A DNA stretch of 63,890 nucleotides, filler included, from Octopus bimaculoides (GCF_001194135.2; 4 parts of 3 records of this genome joined end to end with filler, not necessarily neighbours in it); one strand, 5' to 3'; numbered from the whole stretch's first letter, positions 11,305-22,238 are shown. Translations and numbers: made by a program. The notes: generated by a model from the letters alone, not told the origin.

Positions 11305-11450
11305 AAACGTAATTCCGCCGAGGTCGACTTTGCCTTTCATCCTTTCGGAGTCGATAAATTAAGTACCAGTTGCATACTGGTATCGATCTAATTCGACTAG
11401 ACCCCTCCCACCAAAATTTCGGGCTTTGTGTCTAGAGTAGAAAAGAATAT
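11305..11450 (+). mobile_element. 5'-truncated SINE family B
   Basis: aattccgccgaggtcgactttgcctttcatcctttcggagtcgataaattaagtaccagtt. Confidence 0.8.
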
Positions 11451-11499
11451 ATAAACATACTTGTGTGTAAGCATGCATGTATAAATACCTACCAATATA

Positions 11500-11791
11500 C
11501 GTGCCTACCTACCTACCTACCTACCTACCTACCTACCTACCTACCTACCTATATACATACATACATACATACATACACACATACATACATTAATGCAACC
11601 ATATTACAAGCGATGCATGTCAAAATAGATCTGTTTTACATTCGTTACGTTTTATGAGATGAGTTTTATGGTTTATTTACAATGATTACATGGTTTGCGA
11701 CTAACGATACACAACTTGTTATATATTTAAATAAACCAATGAAAGAAGGACAGAGTAGCGGAACGAGAGAAAAGCTTAATAGGGTAAAAAT

Positions 11792-11845
<54 letters not shown>

Positions 11846-12130
11846 TGAGTGATAGATAAAGATACAGATAGACAGATGTGTTGATACATATAGACTGATG
11901 GATAGATAGATATAGATTCGCAGGCAGAGAGATTGACAGAGATAAGTAGATTGAGACAGATTGACATAGATGGACAGAAGACACCAACAGATAGACAGGT
12001 AGGTAGAAACACACACACAGACACACACATATATAGAGAGAGGCAGGCAGACAGATTGACAAATTTATGGAAAGATGGACCGATAGAAAGAGAAACAGAT
12101 TGATAGATAGGTTAGACAGACAGACATACA

Positions 12131-12207
<77 letters not shown>

Positions 12208-12210
12208 CGA
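11500..12210. repeat. Microsatellites (CCTA)n, (CATA)n, (GATA)n-rich tract and opposite-orientation (TATC)n
   Basis: Visible tandem runs. Confidence 0.9.
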
Positions 12211-12654
12211 TAGAAAAAGATAGAGAGCATAGATAAATAGACAAATGGAGATATGATGATCGATCGATCAATAGATCGATTAATCGATCGATCGGGATAA
12301 AAAAAAAGAAAAAGTTCGAAATAGAAGGAAATTCGATCGATTAAAGAACTAAACAGATAATATGGAGATATAATTCCAGCTCCGACACGCACCGCCATCC
12401 CTGCCATCATATACCAAAGGCGACATTATTGAAACACGAATGGCCTTATGTGATGTTTGTTATTAAATTAAAATCCGATAGTAAAATCCACGTAGGAGAA
12501 AACATGGAGGGAAAAACTGGCTTTTAATAGAGTAGAAATGTATGTATGCGTGTATGTTAAATTCATTTGCTTTTAGAAAATGGGAAAGCATTGTTGAAAT
12601 TAATAATTCTGTGGTAGGAGATGATGAGAACAACAACAACAACTGCCGTAATAA

Positions 12655-12840
12655 TTTAGTAGGAAGGGACTAGACGATTACATCAACCCCCATGTTCAGC
12701 TGGCGCTCATCTTATCGACCTCGAAAGGATAAAAGACAAAGTCGACCGCGGTGGAATTTGAACCCAGAACGTAGAAATATACGAAAGGCCGTTAAGTATT
12801 TTGTCCAGCGTGTTAACGATTCTGCCAACTCACCGCCTTA
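12655..12840 (-). mobile_element. SINE family B
   Basis: Reverse complement of family B ending gattctgccaactcaccgcctt. Confidence 0.8.
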
Positions 12841-12843
12841 ATA

Positions 12844-12901
<58 letters not shown>

Positions 12902-12947
12902 ATAATAATAATAATAATAATAATAATAANNNNNNNNNNACTACTAC

Positions 12948-13008
<61 letters not shown>
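12841..13008. repeat. (ACT)n/(AAT)n microsatellite
   Basis: Visible tandem runs with a small gap. Confidence 0.95.
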
Positions 13009-13034
13009 CCTTTCTATTGGAAGCACAAGGCATT

Positions 13035-13350
13035 GTGAACGTCCTCTCAACGAATAGCCAGATTTGATTTTTAAAATGAAAATATCTCAAATAACCTCGA
13101 CTACTCTCGCAAACGAGAATATTAAAAAATGAACACGGCCGCTCTCAAAAATTAAGTAAAAAATTAAAAAAAAAGGAAAAATAATCCAGAATCCTTGTCC
13201 GGTACCGGATCGATTCCAAAATCTAATTAGTTCGAGCCAGCCATGAGGCCAAACATCCCTGAAAGTTTCATCTGAATCCATCCAGCGGTTCTTGAGATAT
13301 CTTGTCCACGGACAAACAAACAAACACGCCTTAGCGGAGGCGGTGGTAAG
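13035..13350 (+). mobile_element. Putative Helentron-associated (HINE/DINE-1-like) non-autonomous element
   Basis: gaaagtttcatctgaatccatccagcggttcttgagatat...gacaaacaaacaaacacgcc ttagcggaggcggt resembles HINE-type cores (internal CAAA repeat, terminal GC-rich ggcggagg motif). Recognised from memory only. Confidence 0.5.
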
Positions 13351-13351
13351 A

Positions 13352-13550
13352 ATAATCCTTTGTACTTTAGACACAAGGCTGGAAATTTGTGGGGAGGGAG
13401 CTAGTCAATCACATCGATCCCAGTGTACAACTGGTACTTATTTGATTGATCCCGAAAGGATGAAAGGTAAAGTCGACCTCGGCGGAGATGGACGAAATGC
13501 CGCTTAGCATTTTTCCCGGCGCCCTAAAGATTCTGCCAGCTCGTCGCCTT
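13352..13550 (-). mobile_element. SINE family B
   Basis: Reverse complement of family B (aaagtcgacctcggcggag...gattctgccagctcgtcgcctt). Confidence 0.8.
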
Positions 13551-13972
13551 CGTAATAATAATACTAGCAAGACCAGTCCACACCCGTTTTGTGGGTAATT
13601 AAATCGACGAAATAATGTTACTGTGTCAATGAATTTGCAATTCTTTACCATAACTATAGAGCGTAATTGGTGTGTGTGTGTGCTCGCGCGCACGCGTGAT
13701 AGTATGTCTGCGCCTTCGTGACTACGCAATGTGTTAAAGCTTATGTATGTGGGTATGTGTGTGTTAGTTTAAATGTATTGTGCACATGTGTACAATGATT
13801 TTTCTTCCCGGGCACACACATACACACACAAACATACGTTCTCTTTCTCTCCCTCTCTCTCTCTCACACGCACGCACGCACGCATGCATACACACACACA
13901 CACATACACACACATACATATACAAGCAAACTTACATATACAGGCATGCATATAGATACACGCACACATATA

Positions 13973-14003
<31 letters not shown>

Positions 14004-14290
14004 NNNNNNNNNNNNNNNNNNNNNNNNNNNNNNNNNNNNNNNNNNNNNNNNNNNNNNNNNNNNNNNNNNNNNNNNNNNNNNNNNNNNNNNNNNNNNNNNN
14101 NNNNNNNNNNNNNNNNNNNNNNNNNNNNNNNNNNNNNNNNNNNNNNNNNNNNNNNNNNNNNNNNNNNNNNNNNNNNNNNNNNNNNNNNNNNNNNNNNNNN
14201 NNNNNNNNNNNNNNNNNNNNNNNNNNNNNGTATGAGTTACAGCTATTTATAACAAACTATGGGCTCCCGAAGGCTTCAGAATTTTACTCT

Positions 14291-14400
14291 ATCACGTGAC
14301 CTTATTAGGGGCCGTGATTAGTCAGTTTGCGTTCTGGCGGGAAAGGTTCGAAGAAGTTGCCGATTCGAATAATAATCAGTCACGTGATGACAAGGTATGG
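14291..14400 (+). promoter_or_regulatory. Candidate promoter/first-exon region: two E-boxes, E2F motif, splice donor
   Basis: ATCACGTGAC 14291-14300, TGGCGGGAAA 14335-14344, GTCACGTGAT 14379-14388, AAG|GTATGG donor at 14394/14395. Motif matches only. Confidence 0.35.
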
Positions 14401-14492
14401 GTTCTCTACTACGCTCGCATTTATTTATATTTAAATGAGAAGATTGTATGTAATGGCGATAGTAGTTTGTATCTAATGGCGGGAGGTAGTTT

Positions 14493-14523
<31 letters not shown>

Positions 14524-15004
14524 CAGAGAGAGAGAGGGAGAGGAGGAGAGAGTGAGAGAGAGAGAGAAGGCAGACTGAGAAACGTGTGTATGGGTATATT
14601 TTCTTGTCATTATAGGAGTTCCTTTCTATATGTTCGTATGCATTTGCATATGTATGTACGTCTGTCGTTACGCGTGTTCCTTCCAGTCATTGTAAAACCT
14701 ATGTTTGTGGCAATGTTAAATAAAATTACTTAAAACAACTACAATAAAGTAATTTTCAATATAATTAGTTGCTGAAATATATTTTATTCATAGCTAATAA
14801 AGTTGATGAGTTTCCTCTTTCTCTCTTTTTTAAAATAATTAATTAGGCATATTTTTTTTACACAATATAAACAGAAACACAAACACTTCTTGCTAAGGTC
14901 ATCACCGTCGTTGTCGTCCTCCTTGTGTGTTTTATTAAATGTGACATGTAAGTTATTCGTGTTTAATAAACAAATGAGTAGAACGTCTGTTAACCATTTT
15001 AGTA

Positions 15005-15395
15005 TTGTTGTTGTTGTTGGCACTCCGTCGCTTACGACGTCCAGAGTTCCAGTTGATCCGATCAACGGAACAGCCTGCTCGTGAAATTAACATGCAAGTG
15101 GCTGGGCACTCCACAGACGCGTGTATCCTAAACGTAATTCTCGGGGATATTCAGCGTGACACTGTGACGAGGCTGACCCTTTGAATTACGGGCACACCAG
15201 GAACAGGAAGTAAGAGTGAGAGAAAGTTGTGGTGAAAGAGTACAGCAGTGTTCGTCACCATCCCCTGCCGGAACCTCGTAGAGCTTTTAGGTGTTTTCGC
15301 TCAATAAACACTCACAACTCCCGGTCTGGGAATCGAAACCACGATCCTATGACCGCGAGTCCGTTGCCCTAACCACTGGGCCATTGCGCTTCCAC
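15005..15395 (-). mobile_element. Full-length SINE family C
   Basis: Reverse complement of 1858-2245; imperfect TSD cattttagta / catttttaata. Confidence 0.93.
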
Positions 15396-15509
15396 CATTT
15401 TTAATATTAAACCGCTCTTATTCTTCACTGGTTTGATTAAAGAAAGAGTGGCTGTCTTTCGTTTCCGACACACACACGTGTATGTATGTGTAGACAGTAT
15501 GCGCTGTGA

Positions 15510-15945
15510 GGTCGAATTTTTAAGGAGTTCGATTCACAACCAGGCCTTTGATCGAAGCACCGTTTGATTATTTCTGTGATCACTGAATAAAAGTCGTGAT
15601 GGCTACATCTAGAACCTGTGCAGTGATTCACTGTTTGAATATATGTCGTGGTGTTCATATCGAGGTTTTTGATTGTGGGCCTGCCTGGTTATTGCTGACA
15701 TTCACTTTTTGAATAAAAGTCGTGTTTGTCACATCTGGAACGTCTTTGTTAAAAAATCTGCTTGGTCATTTCAGGATTCACAGAAAAAAAATAGTGATGG
15801 TCTTATCTGGAACGTCTTTGATCGTAGGTTTGTCTGATCATTACTGCAATTCATTGTCTGAATAAAAGTCGTGAGGGTCACATCGGGAACGCTCTGGATC
15901 GCAGACCGGCTAGATTATTGCTGAGAGTCACTGTTTGAATAAGGG
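15510..15945. repeat. Degenerate tandem array of ~75-bp units (about 6 copies)
   Basis: gaataaaagtcgtg-like anchors at 15585, 15637, 15711, ~15785, 15860, 15937. Confidence 0.75.
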
Positions 15946-15974
15946 TTGGGTATTAGAGGACAAACATGGCCGTA

Positions 15975-16310
15975 CTCCATAGTGTGGTCTGCTTCTCAAC
16001 ACTCACAGGTCATTGGGTCTGTCTTGTAGCCCCATCTGACCAAACCAACTTTTGATCGTCTCATTCTCATTCTCAGGTGATGAGTGACTTCCACTGAATC
16101 CATGGTGTTTCTGAGCCAGCAGGGAGGTCTTCAGTTGGGGAGATACCTATATCTCTTAGAAGCGGGTCGTTCTCAAGTTTTTCCATCCAGTGCTGGAGAG
16201 TCTGGCATCTTCCCGAGATGTTAGGGACTCAGCATGACTTATGAAGTTTCTTCATGATTTCAGACGGTGACATCCATGGAAGAGGTGACGTTCATCACTA
16301 GTAGCCTTCG
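15975..16310 (-). pseudogene. Vingi/Ingi-type non-LTR retrotransposon C-terminal fragment
   Basis: Minus strand, with frameshifts: HRLKS...GISPTEDLPAGSETPWIQWKSL / HLRMRMRRSKVGLVRWGYKTDPMTCEC*EADHTME, matching the Ingi/Vingi C-terminus (LP.G....W..W..LNRLR.G.GR....L.+WG.....C.CG...T+.H). Confidence 0.7.
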
Positions 16311-17054
16311 TCATCTCTAATCAACAGTAACTTTCCATCTCTCTCTCCCTCTCTCTCACACACACGCACGCACACACACACATACACATTCGACACGTCC
16401 ACATTTTTCTTACTCCCACCACATTAAAATGCTGTCAGCACATATTTCACCTATATTTATTCCTATCCTTATGAATTTTCTCTGTTTGTCTTGCGCTCGT
16501 TCGCTCCGCTCCTTTCAATTTAAATTTTGAACGTTTATATGCTCGTATAATTATTTAGCTAGTATAAACCGCCTCTTTATAACCTATTTTCTTTTGTATA
16601 TAGTGCAAATTGCAAAAATTACAATAATGATGTGAAAATGGGTGCAACACTACAAATACTTTTCATTCATATCATGAATAGCATTGGAGAGAGACAACTG
16701 CACCTGCTGATAGTCATTGAAAAGGTGCTCTGGGAGGAATCAGTCTTTGTGGTACCGTTACATGTCCCGTATTATTTAATCAAAACAAATACCAGAAAAG
16801 AAATGTTTAATCAAAATTATACCTTTATTCGAGGTAGACAAAAACAGCACGTTTGAGGTTTGAGTTACCACCAAATGGGTTTTGAAAATTACAATCACGT
16901 AGCTTTTCAAATAATTTGAGCTGCCTCCCCTACTTGCCCATATAATCTCAATATGATAATATCGGATATAAATGTTGGATGGATGGCTGCCTGGTTGATA
17001 TATCCATTCAGGCTTTACATCGTACATACACACACACACATCTATCTATCTATA

Positions 17055-17282
17055 GGAATGGCTGTGTAGTAAGTAGCTTGCTTACCAACTACATGGTTTC
17101 GGGTTCAGTCTCTTTGCGTGGTACCTTAGGCAAGTGTCTTCTACTATAACCTGGGGAGAGACCGATAGGATAAGTACTAGGCTTACAAAGAATAAGTCCT
17201 AGGGTCGATTTGCTCTTCTAAAGGCGGTGCTCCAGCTTGCTCGTAGTCAAATGACTGAAGCAAATAAAAGAATAAAAGAATA
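17055..17282 (+). mobile_element. SINE family A with internal deletion removing the microsatellite module
   Basis: Head continues to ctactataacctgggg, then jumps to agagaccgataggataagtactaggc and the normal tail. Confidence 0.85.
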
Positions 17283-17501
17283 TATATATAATTAATATTC
17301 AATGAAACATGAAATAACTGTTTTTGGAAACTGTAGATATCGAAAAATATATAAAGCTATAGACAATCACATCTAATATTTACTTGCTATTACTAATAAG
17401 TTTGTGTGTGCTTTGAGATCCACTGTACAAAAAAAAAAAAAAAAAGAACACACACACACATAGAGAAAAAGAGAGTGAGAGAGAGAATGAGAGAGATAGT
17501 A

Positions 17502-17534
<33 letters not shown>

Positions 17535-17635
17535 CAAAGTTAACATAAGAAGTGTAGGATGAGTGCCCATACTTAGCTTGGTAGCAGGCAATGAGTAAAG
17601 GAACGCTACACAAACACACACACGCATGCACGCAC

Positions 17636-17686
<51 letters not shown>

Positions 17687-18831
17687 GAGAGCGTAAGAAT
17701 CACAGGAGGAGGTGGAGTAAATGACAGAGTAGCCTTGATGTAGCTGAAAAATGCTCTGCCATGGTTAACTGATATTTTCCGTAGATGCTTTTTCAAGCAA
17801 GCTGTCCGTTAGCCGAGTACGTTTCCTTTTGTATTTGTGACTAGGATATTGGCCAAGATTCGCTTTGCAAGAAACGTCGCTGGTCTTAGAAACATCCTTA
17901 TTTATTTATTTATCGATTTTCCNNNNNNNNNNNNNNNNNNNNNNNNNNNNNNNNNNNNNNNNNNNNNNNNNNNNNNNNNNNNNNNNNNNNNNNNNNNNNN
18001 NNNNNNNNNNNNNNNNNNNNNNNNNNNNNNNNNNNNNNNNNNNNNNNNNNNNNNNNNNNNNNNNNNNNNNNNNNNNNNNNNNNNNNNNNNNNNNNNNNNN
18101 NNNNNNNNNNNNNNNNNNNNNNNNNNNNNNNNNNNNNNNNNNNNNNNNNNNNNNNNNNNNNNNNNNNNNNNNNNNNNNNNNNNNNNNNNNNNNNNNNNNN
18201 NNNNNNNNNNNNNNNNNNNNNNNNNNNNNNNNNNNNNNNNNNNNNNNNNNNNNNNNNNNNNNNNNNNNNNNNNNNNNNNNNNNNNNNNNNNNNNNNNNNN
18301 NNNNNNNNNNNNNNNNNNNNNNNNNNNNNNNNNNNNNNNNNNNNNNNNNNNNNNNNNNNNNNNNNNNNNNNNNNNNNNNNNNNNNNNNNNNNNNNNNNNN
18401 NNNNNNNNNNNNNNNNNNNNNNNNNNNNNNNNNNNNNNNNNNNNNNNNNNNNNNNNNNNNNNNNNNNNNNNNNNNNNNNNNNNNNNNNNNNNNNNNNNNN
18501 NNNNNNNNNNNNNNNNNNNNNNNNNNNNNNNNNNNNNNNNNNNNNNNNNNNNNNNNNNNNNNNNNNNNNNNNNNNNNNNNNNNNNNNNNNNNNNNNNNNN
18601 NNNNNNNNNNNNNNNNNNNNNNNNNNNNNNNNNNNNNNNNNNNNNNNNNNNNNNNNNNNNNNNNNNNNNNNNNNNNNNNNNNNNNNNNNNNNNNNNNNNN
18701 NNNNNNNNNNNNNNNNNNNNNNNNNNNNNNNNNNNNNNNNNNNNNNNNNNNNNNNNNNNNNNNNNNNNNNNNNNNNNNNNNNNNNNNNNNNNNNNNNNNN
18801 NNNNNNNNNNNNNNNNNNNNNNNNNNNNNNN

Positions 18832-18867
<36 letters not shown>

Positions 18868-19171
18868 TTAAATAAAATGAGACAACAAAGGCAAGGCAGT
18901 GTGAAATTTCTAGGACATTTATAAAGAGAAAGGTAGTCTTACAGCTGTTTCAGGGATGTAAAAGATATCCCAGCATCAGAGACGATAAGAGAGAGAGTTA
19001 AATAGAAGGAAATAGGGTTCAGGATAAGAAGTTATTAAAGTTATAGTAGGGCTCAATATAAGAGGTTTATAGGAATCATAAAGGAAAATATGAGAATAAA
19101 AATAAAAATATATGTTGGATGTTAAAGTTACTGTGCTATTATCCAGGAAATGTGCTGTGTAGAAAAGGTAA

Positions 19172-19563
19172 GTGGAGGCGCAATGGCCCAGTGGTTAGGG
19201 CAGCGGACTCGCGGTCATAGGATCGCGGTTTCGATTCTCAGACCGGGCGTTGTGAGTGTTTATTGAGCGAAAACACCTAAAGCTCCACGAGGCTCCGGCA
19301 GGGGATGGTGGCGAACCCTGCTGTACTCTTTCACCACAACTTTCTCTCACTCTTACTTCCTGTTTCTGTTGTACCTGTAATTCAAAGGGTCAGCCTTGGC
19401 ACACTGTGTCACGCTGAATATCCCCGAGAACTACGTTAAGGGTACACGTGTCTGTGGAGTGCTCAGCCACTTGCACGTTAATTTCACGAGCAGGCTGTTC
19501 CGTTGATCGGATCAACTGGAACCCTCGACGTCGTATGTGACGGAGTGCTAACAACAACAACAA
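19172..19563 (+). mobile_element. Full-length SINE family C nested in the PLE relic, 10-bp TSD
   Basis: TSD gaaaaggtaa (19162-19171) / gaataggtaa (19564-19573); (AAC)n tail. Confidence 0.95.
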
Positions 19564-19744
19564 GAATAGGTAAAAAGGCTTCTCGTCCATGGTATGTAAA
19601 TTCCAATAGGAGTTCATAGACAGCAACTTTAACATCTAACATATATTCTCATATTTCCCTTTTCTACTTCCTATATCTCTACCTTTCCAAAATAACTACT
19701 TATATTGAACTCTACTGTTTCCATCTGTTTACCTCTCTCATATC

Positions 19745-19792
19745 GTCTCTGATGATTGGATATCTTTTACATCCCTGAAACAGCTGTAAGAC
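19745..19792 (+). ncRNA. Minimal type I hammerhead ribozyme
   Basis: Stem I GTCT/AGAC, core CTGATGA (19749-19755), stem II ggat..atcc, GAAA (19777-19780), C-AGCT-G palindromic stem III, cleavage triplet GUA ending at 19788. Confidence 0.7.
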
Positions 19793-20372
19793 TACCTTTC
19801 CCTTTATAAATATCCTAGAAATTTCACTCTGCCTTGGCTTTATTGTCTCTGTGTGGTAAGTAGCTTGCTTACCAACCACATGGTTCCGGGTTCAGTCCCA
19901 CTACAAAGGACATCTTCCAAAATAGACAAATGTCTGTAAAATGGGGCAGAATCAGCTCCTTTTAATTGCTGTACGTGTTTAACTAGACTCGTTGCCGAAC
20001 TGTTTTCAGGATATCTGAAGGAATTTCTCTATGAACAATACAAACTTGTACGATTACTGCACGGGACGCGGTGGCGTTTTTTCTATCGATCCACGTTCTA
20101 TACATTGATTATGTTACGTAGATTGTTGACATGAAATTATCGGATTTTACTGTCGTCACATCCGGACAATTTACTTTAATTTTTTTGTGAAACACTAAAC
20201 TCTATGCTGACTTTCGTTCGATAACGTGAGTCACACAATATGTTTGTTTACGTTACTTCTTTCCTCTTGCCATGAGTGATAAGCAAAGGAGTTCACCAAA
20301 TCAATATCTTATATGTCATTAATGGTACATATAGTTCAAATTAAACACAAACTTCATTTTCTTTGCATGCGT

Positions 20373-20737
20373 TGTTGACACTCCGTCGCTGACGACGTCG
20401 AGGGTTCCAGTTGATCCGATCAACGGAACAGCCTGCTCGTGAAATTAACGTACAAGTGGCTGAGCACTCCACAGACACGTGTACCCTTAACGTAGTTCAC
20501 AGGGATATTCAGCGTGACACAGTGTGACAAGGCTGACCCTTTGAATTAAGAATTAAGAGTGAGAGAAAGTTGTGGTGAAAGAGTACAGCAGGGTTCGCCA
20601 CCATCCCCTGCCGGAGCCTCGTGGAGCTTTAGGTGTTTTCGCTCAATAAACACTCACAACGCCCGGTCTGGGAATCGAAACCGCGATCCTATGACCGCGA
20701 GTCCGCTGCCCTAACCACTGGGCCATTGCGCCTCCAC
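20373..20737 (-). mobile_element. Full-length SINE family C with 11-bp TSD
   Basis: TSD tttgcatgcgt at 20362-20372 and 20739-20749. Confidence 0.95.
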
Positions 20738-20849
20738 ATTTGCATGCGTAAAGGAGTCGAATTATTCATTTTAGCGGATAGGTTTTCTTGCTTTTACCCA
20801 ATTTTTCCATAGATTCGTCGTTTTCAGTGTCCATTATCAATATCATTTA

Positions 20850-21150
20850 CCTGTGAGTCGAAAGAAAGGAGTTGGAGAGGGCTCTCGTCTTGGTATTCAG
20901 GGTGATCTTAGATAGTGGGGTTCCTCGATTATCCCTAGAGGTCCTCCTGTATCAGGGGACCCCATCACTATCATGTTTTTTCCTTAATGTCCTGAACTAT
21001 GTATACTTCCTTTCTTTTAATGTATACCTTGTATACTCGTTTTTTTAAATCATTCCATTATATGTAACCCCCACCACCACCACACACACACCTTATGTCC
21101 ATCTTTGTATTGTCTCCCTCATCCTTCGCCTTGGTGGCAAATAAAAGAAA
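20850..21150 (+). mobile_element. LINE (L1/Tx1-type) 3' end followed by (ATT)n
   Basis: Ends cttcgccttggtggcaaataaaagaaa + (ATT)n; similar to tails at 9046, 47630 and 58010. Confidence 0.5.
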
Positions 21151-21166
21151 TTATTATTATTATTAA

Positions 21167-21226
<60 letters not shown>

Positions 21227-21944
21227 ACATCGGGTAGTTTCAGGCAAATTTCTACTGCCTCACTTGCTACACCACTCTGTTGCTGGGGGCTGTGCAGCAT
21301 TGTGTGTTCTCTTTTCTTGTTGTGGGAGTACAAACTCTTCCCGGAATTGTATTGCTCAAGTTTGGTTTGTTATGAGGTCTGGTTTCAGTCTTTATTATGT
21401 TTCTTTTATCATCCCTGTGTAGCTGCTGTTCTTGTCATTATTATTATTATTACTACTACTATTATTATTATTATTATTATTANNNNNNNNNNNNNNNNNN
21501 NNNNNNNNNNNNNNNNNNNNNNNNNNNNNNNNNNNNNNNNNNNNNNNNNNNNNNNNNNNNNNNNNNNNNNNNNNNNNNNNNNNNNNNNNNNNNNNNNNNN
21601 NNNNNNNNNNNNNNNNNNNNNNNNNNNNNNNNNNNNNNNNNNNNNNNNNNNNNNNNNNNNNNNNNNNNNNNNNNNNNNNNNNNNNNNNNNNNNNNNNNNN
21701 NNNNNNNNNNNNNNNNNNNNNNNNNNNNNNNNNNNNNNNNNNNNNNNNNNNNNNNNNNNNNNNNNNNNNNNNNNNNNNNNNNNNNNNNNNNNNNNNNNNN
21801 NNNNNNNNNNNNNNNNNNNNNNNNNNNNNNNNNNNNNNNNNNNNNNNNNNNNNNNNNNNNNNNNNNNGTAATTGGCTTGCCTCTCTCCTCAAAATTTTAG
21901 GTCTTGTGCCTATAATAGAAAAAAAAAACACAACAACAACAAAA

Positions 21945-22238
21945 GTAGCGAGCTGGCAGAATCGTCAGCACGTCGGACAGAAGGCTTAGCTGTATTGGAC
22001 GTTTACTTTCTGAGTTCAAATTCCGCCGAGATCAGCTTTGCCTTTAATCGACAAAAATGAACCAATTTTAGGGAGCGACCAGTCGATTGCGTCCGCCATA
22101 GTGCTTGACTGGTACTTATTTTATTCAACCAAAAGGATAAAAAAGTTATGCTGACCTCGGCGGGATTTGAACTCAGAACATTAAGAAAGAACGTTTAAAG
22201 TATTTTGTTCGACGTGCTAACAGTTCTGCCAACTCGCA
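21945..22238. mobile_element. Tail-to-tail inverted pair of SINE family B copies (+ 21945-22065, - 22070-22238)
   Basis: gcgagctggcagaatcgtcagcacgtcg...ctgagttcaaattccgccgag versus ctcggcgggatttgaactcag...cgacgtgctaacagttctgccaactcgc. Confidence 0.85.

Larger units (their letters stand above)
18878..19846. mobile_element. Penelope-like element relic: minus copy (18878-19618, SINE-interrupted) abutting an inverted plus copy (19620-19846)
   Basis: Arms 18878-19135 and 19620-19846 are reverse complements (roughly 80-85% by eye). Homologous to 61800-62250. Both arms carry a hammerhead-like motif, typical of PLE pseudo-LTRs. Confidence 0.7.

Noticed and set aside
15510-15945. Regularly spaced repeats that might suggest a CRISPR-like array or a repeat-protein exon
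   Set aside because: Eukaryotic context; the whole unit is repeated rather than repeat plus unique spacer; unit lengths vary out of frame; no cas genes
17740-17900. Protein-like minus frames (DVSKTSDVSCKANLGQYPSHKYKRKR..; MFLRPATFLAKRILAN..)
   Set aside because: Short, bounded by stops and an assembly gap, no usable acceptor, no recognisable family
19920-20110. Possible Tc1/mariner C-terminal relic (EIPSDILKTV...FYRHL) on the minus strand
   Set aside because: Similarity is too weak and no TIR was found
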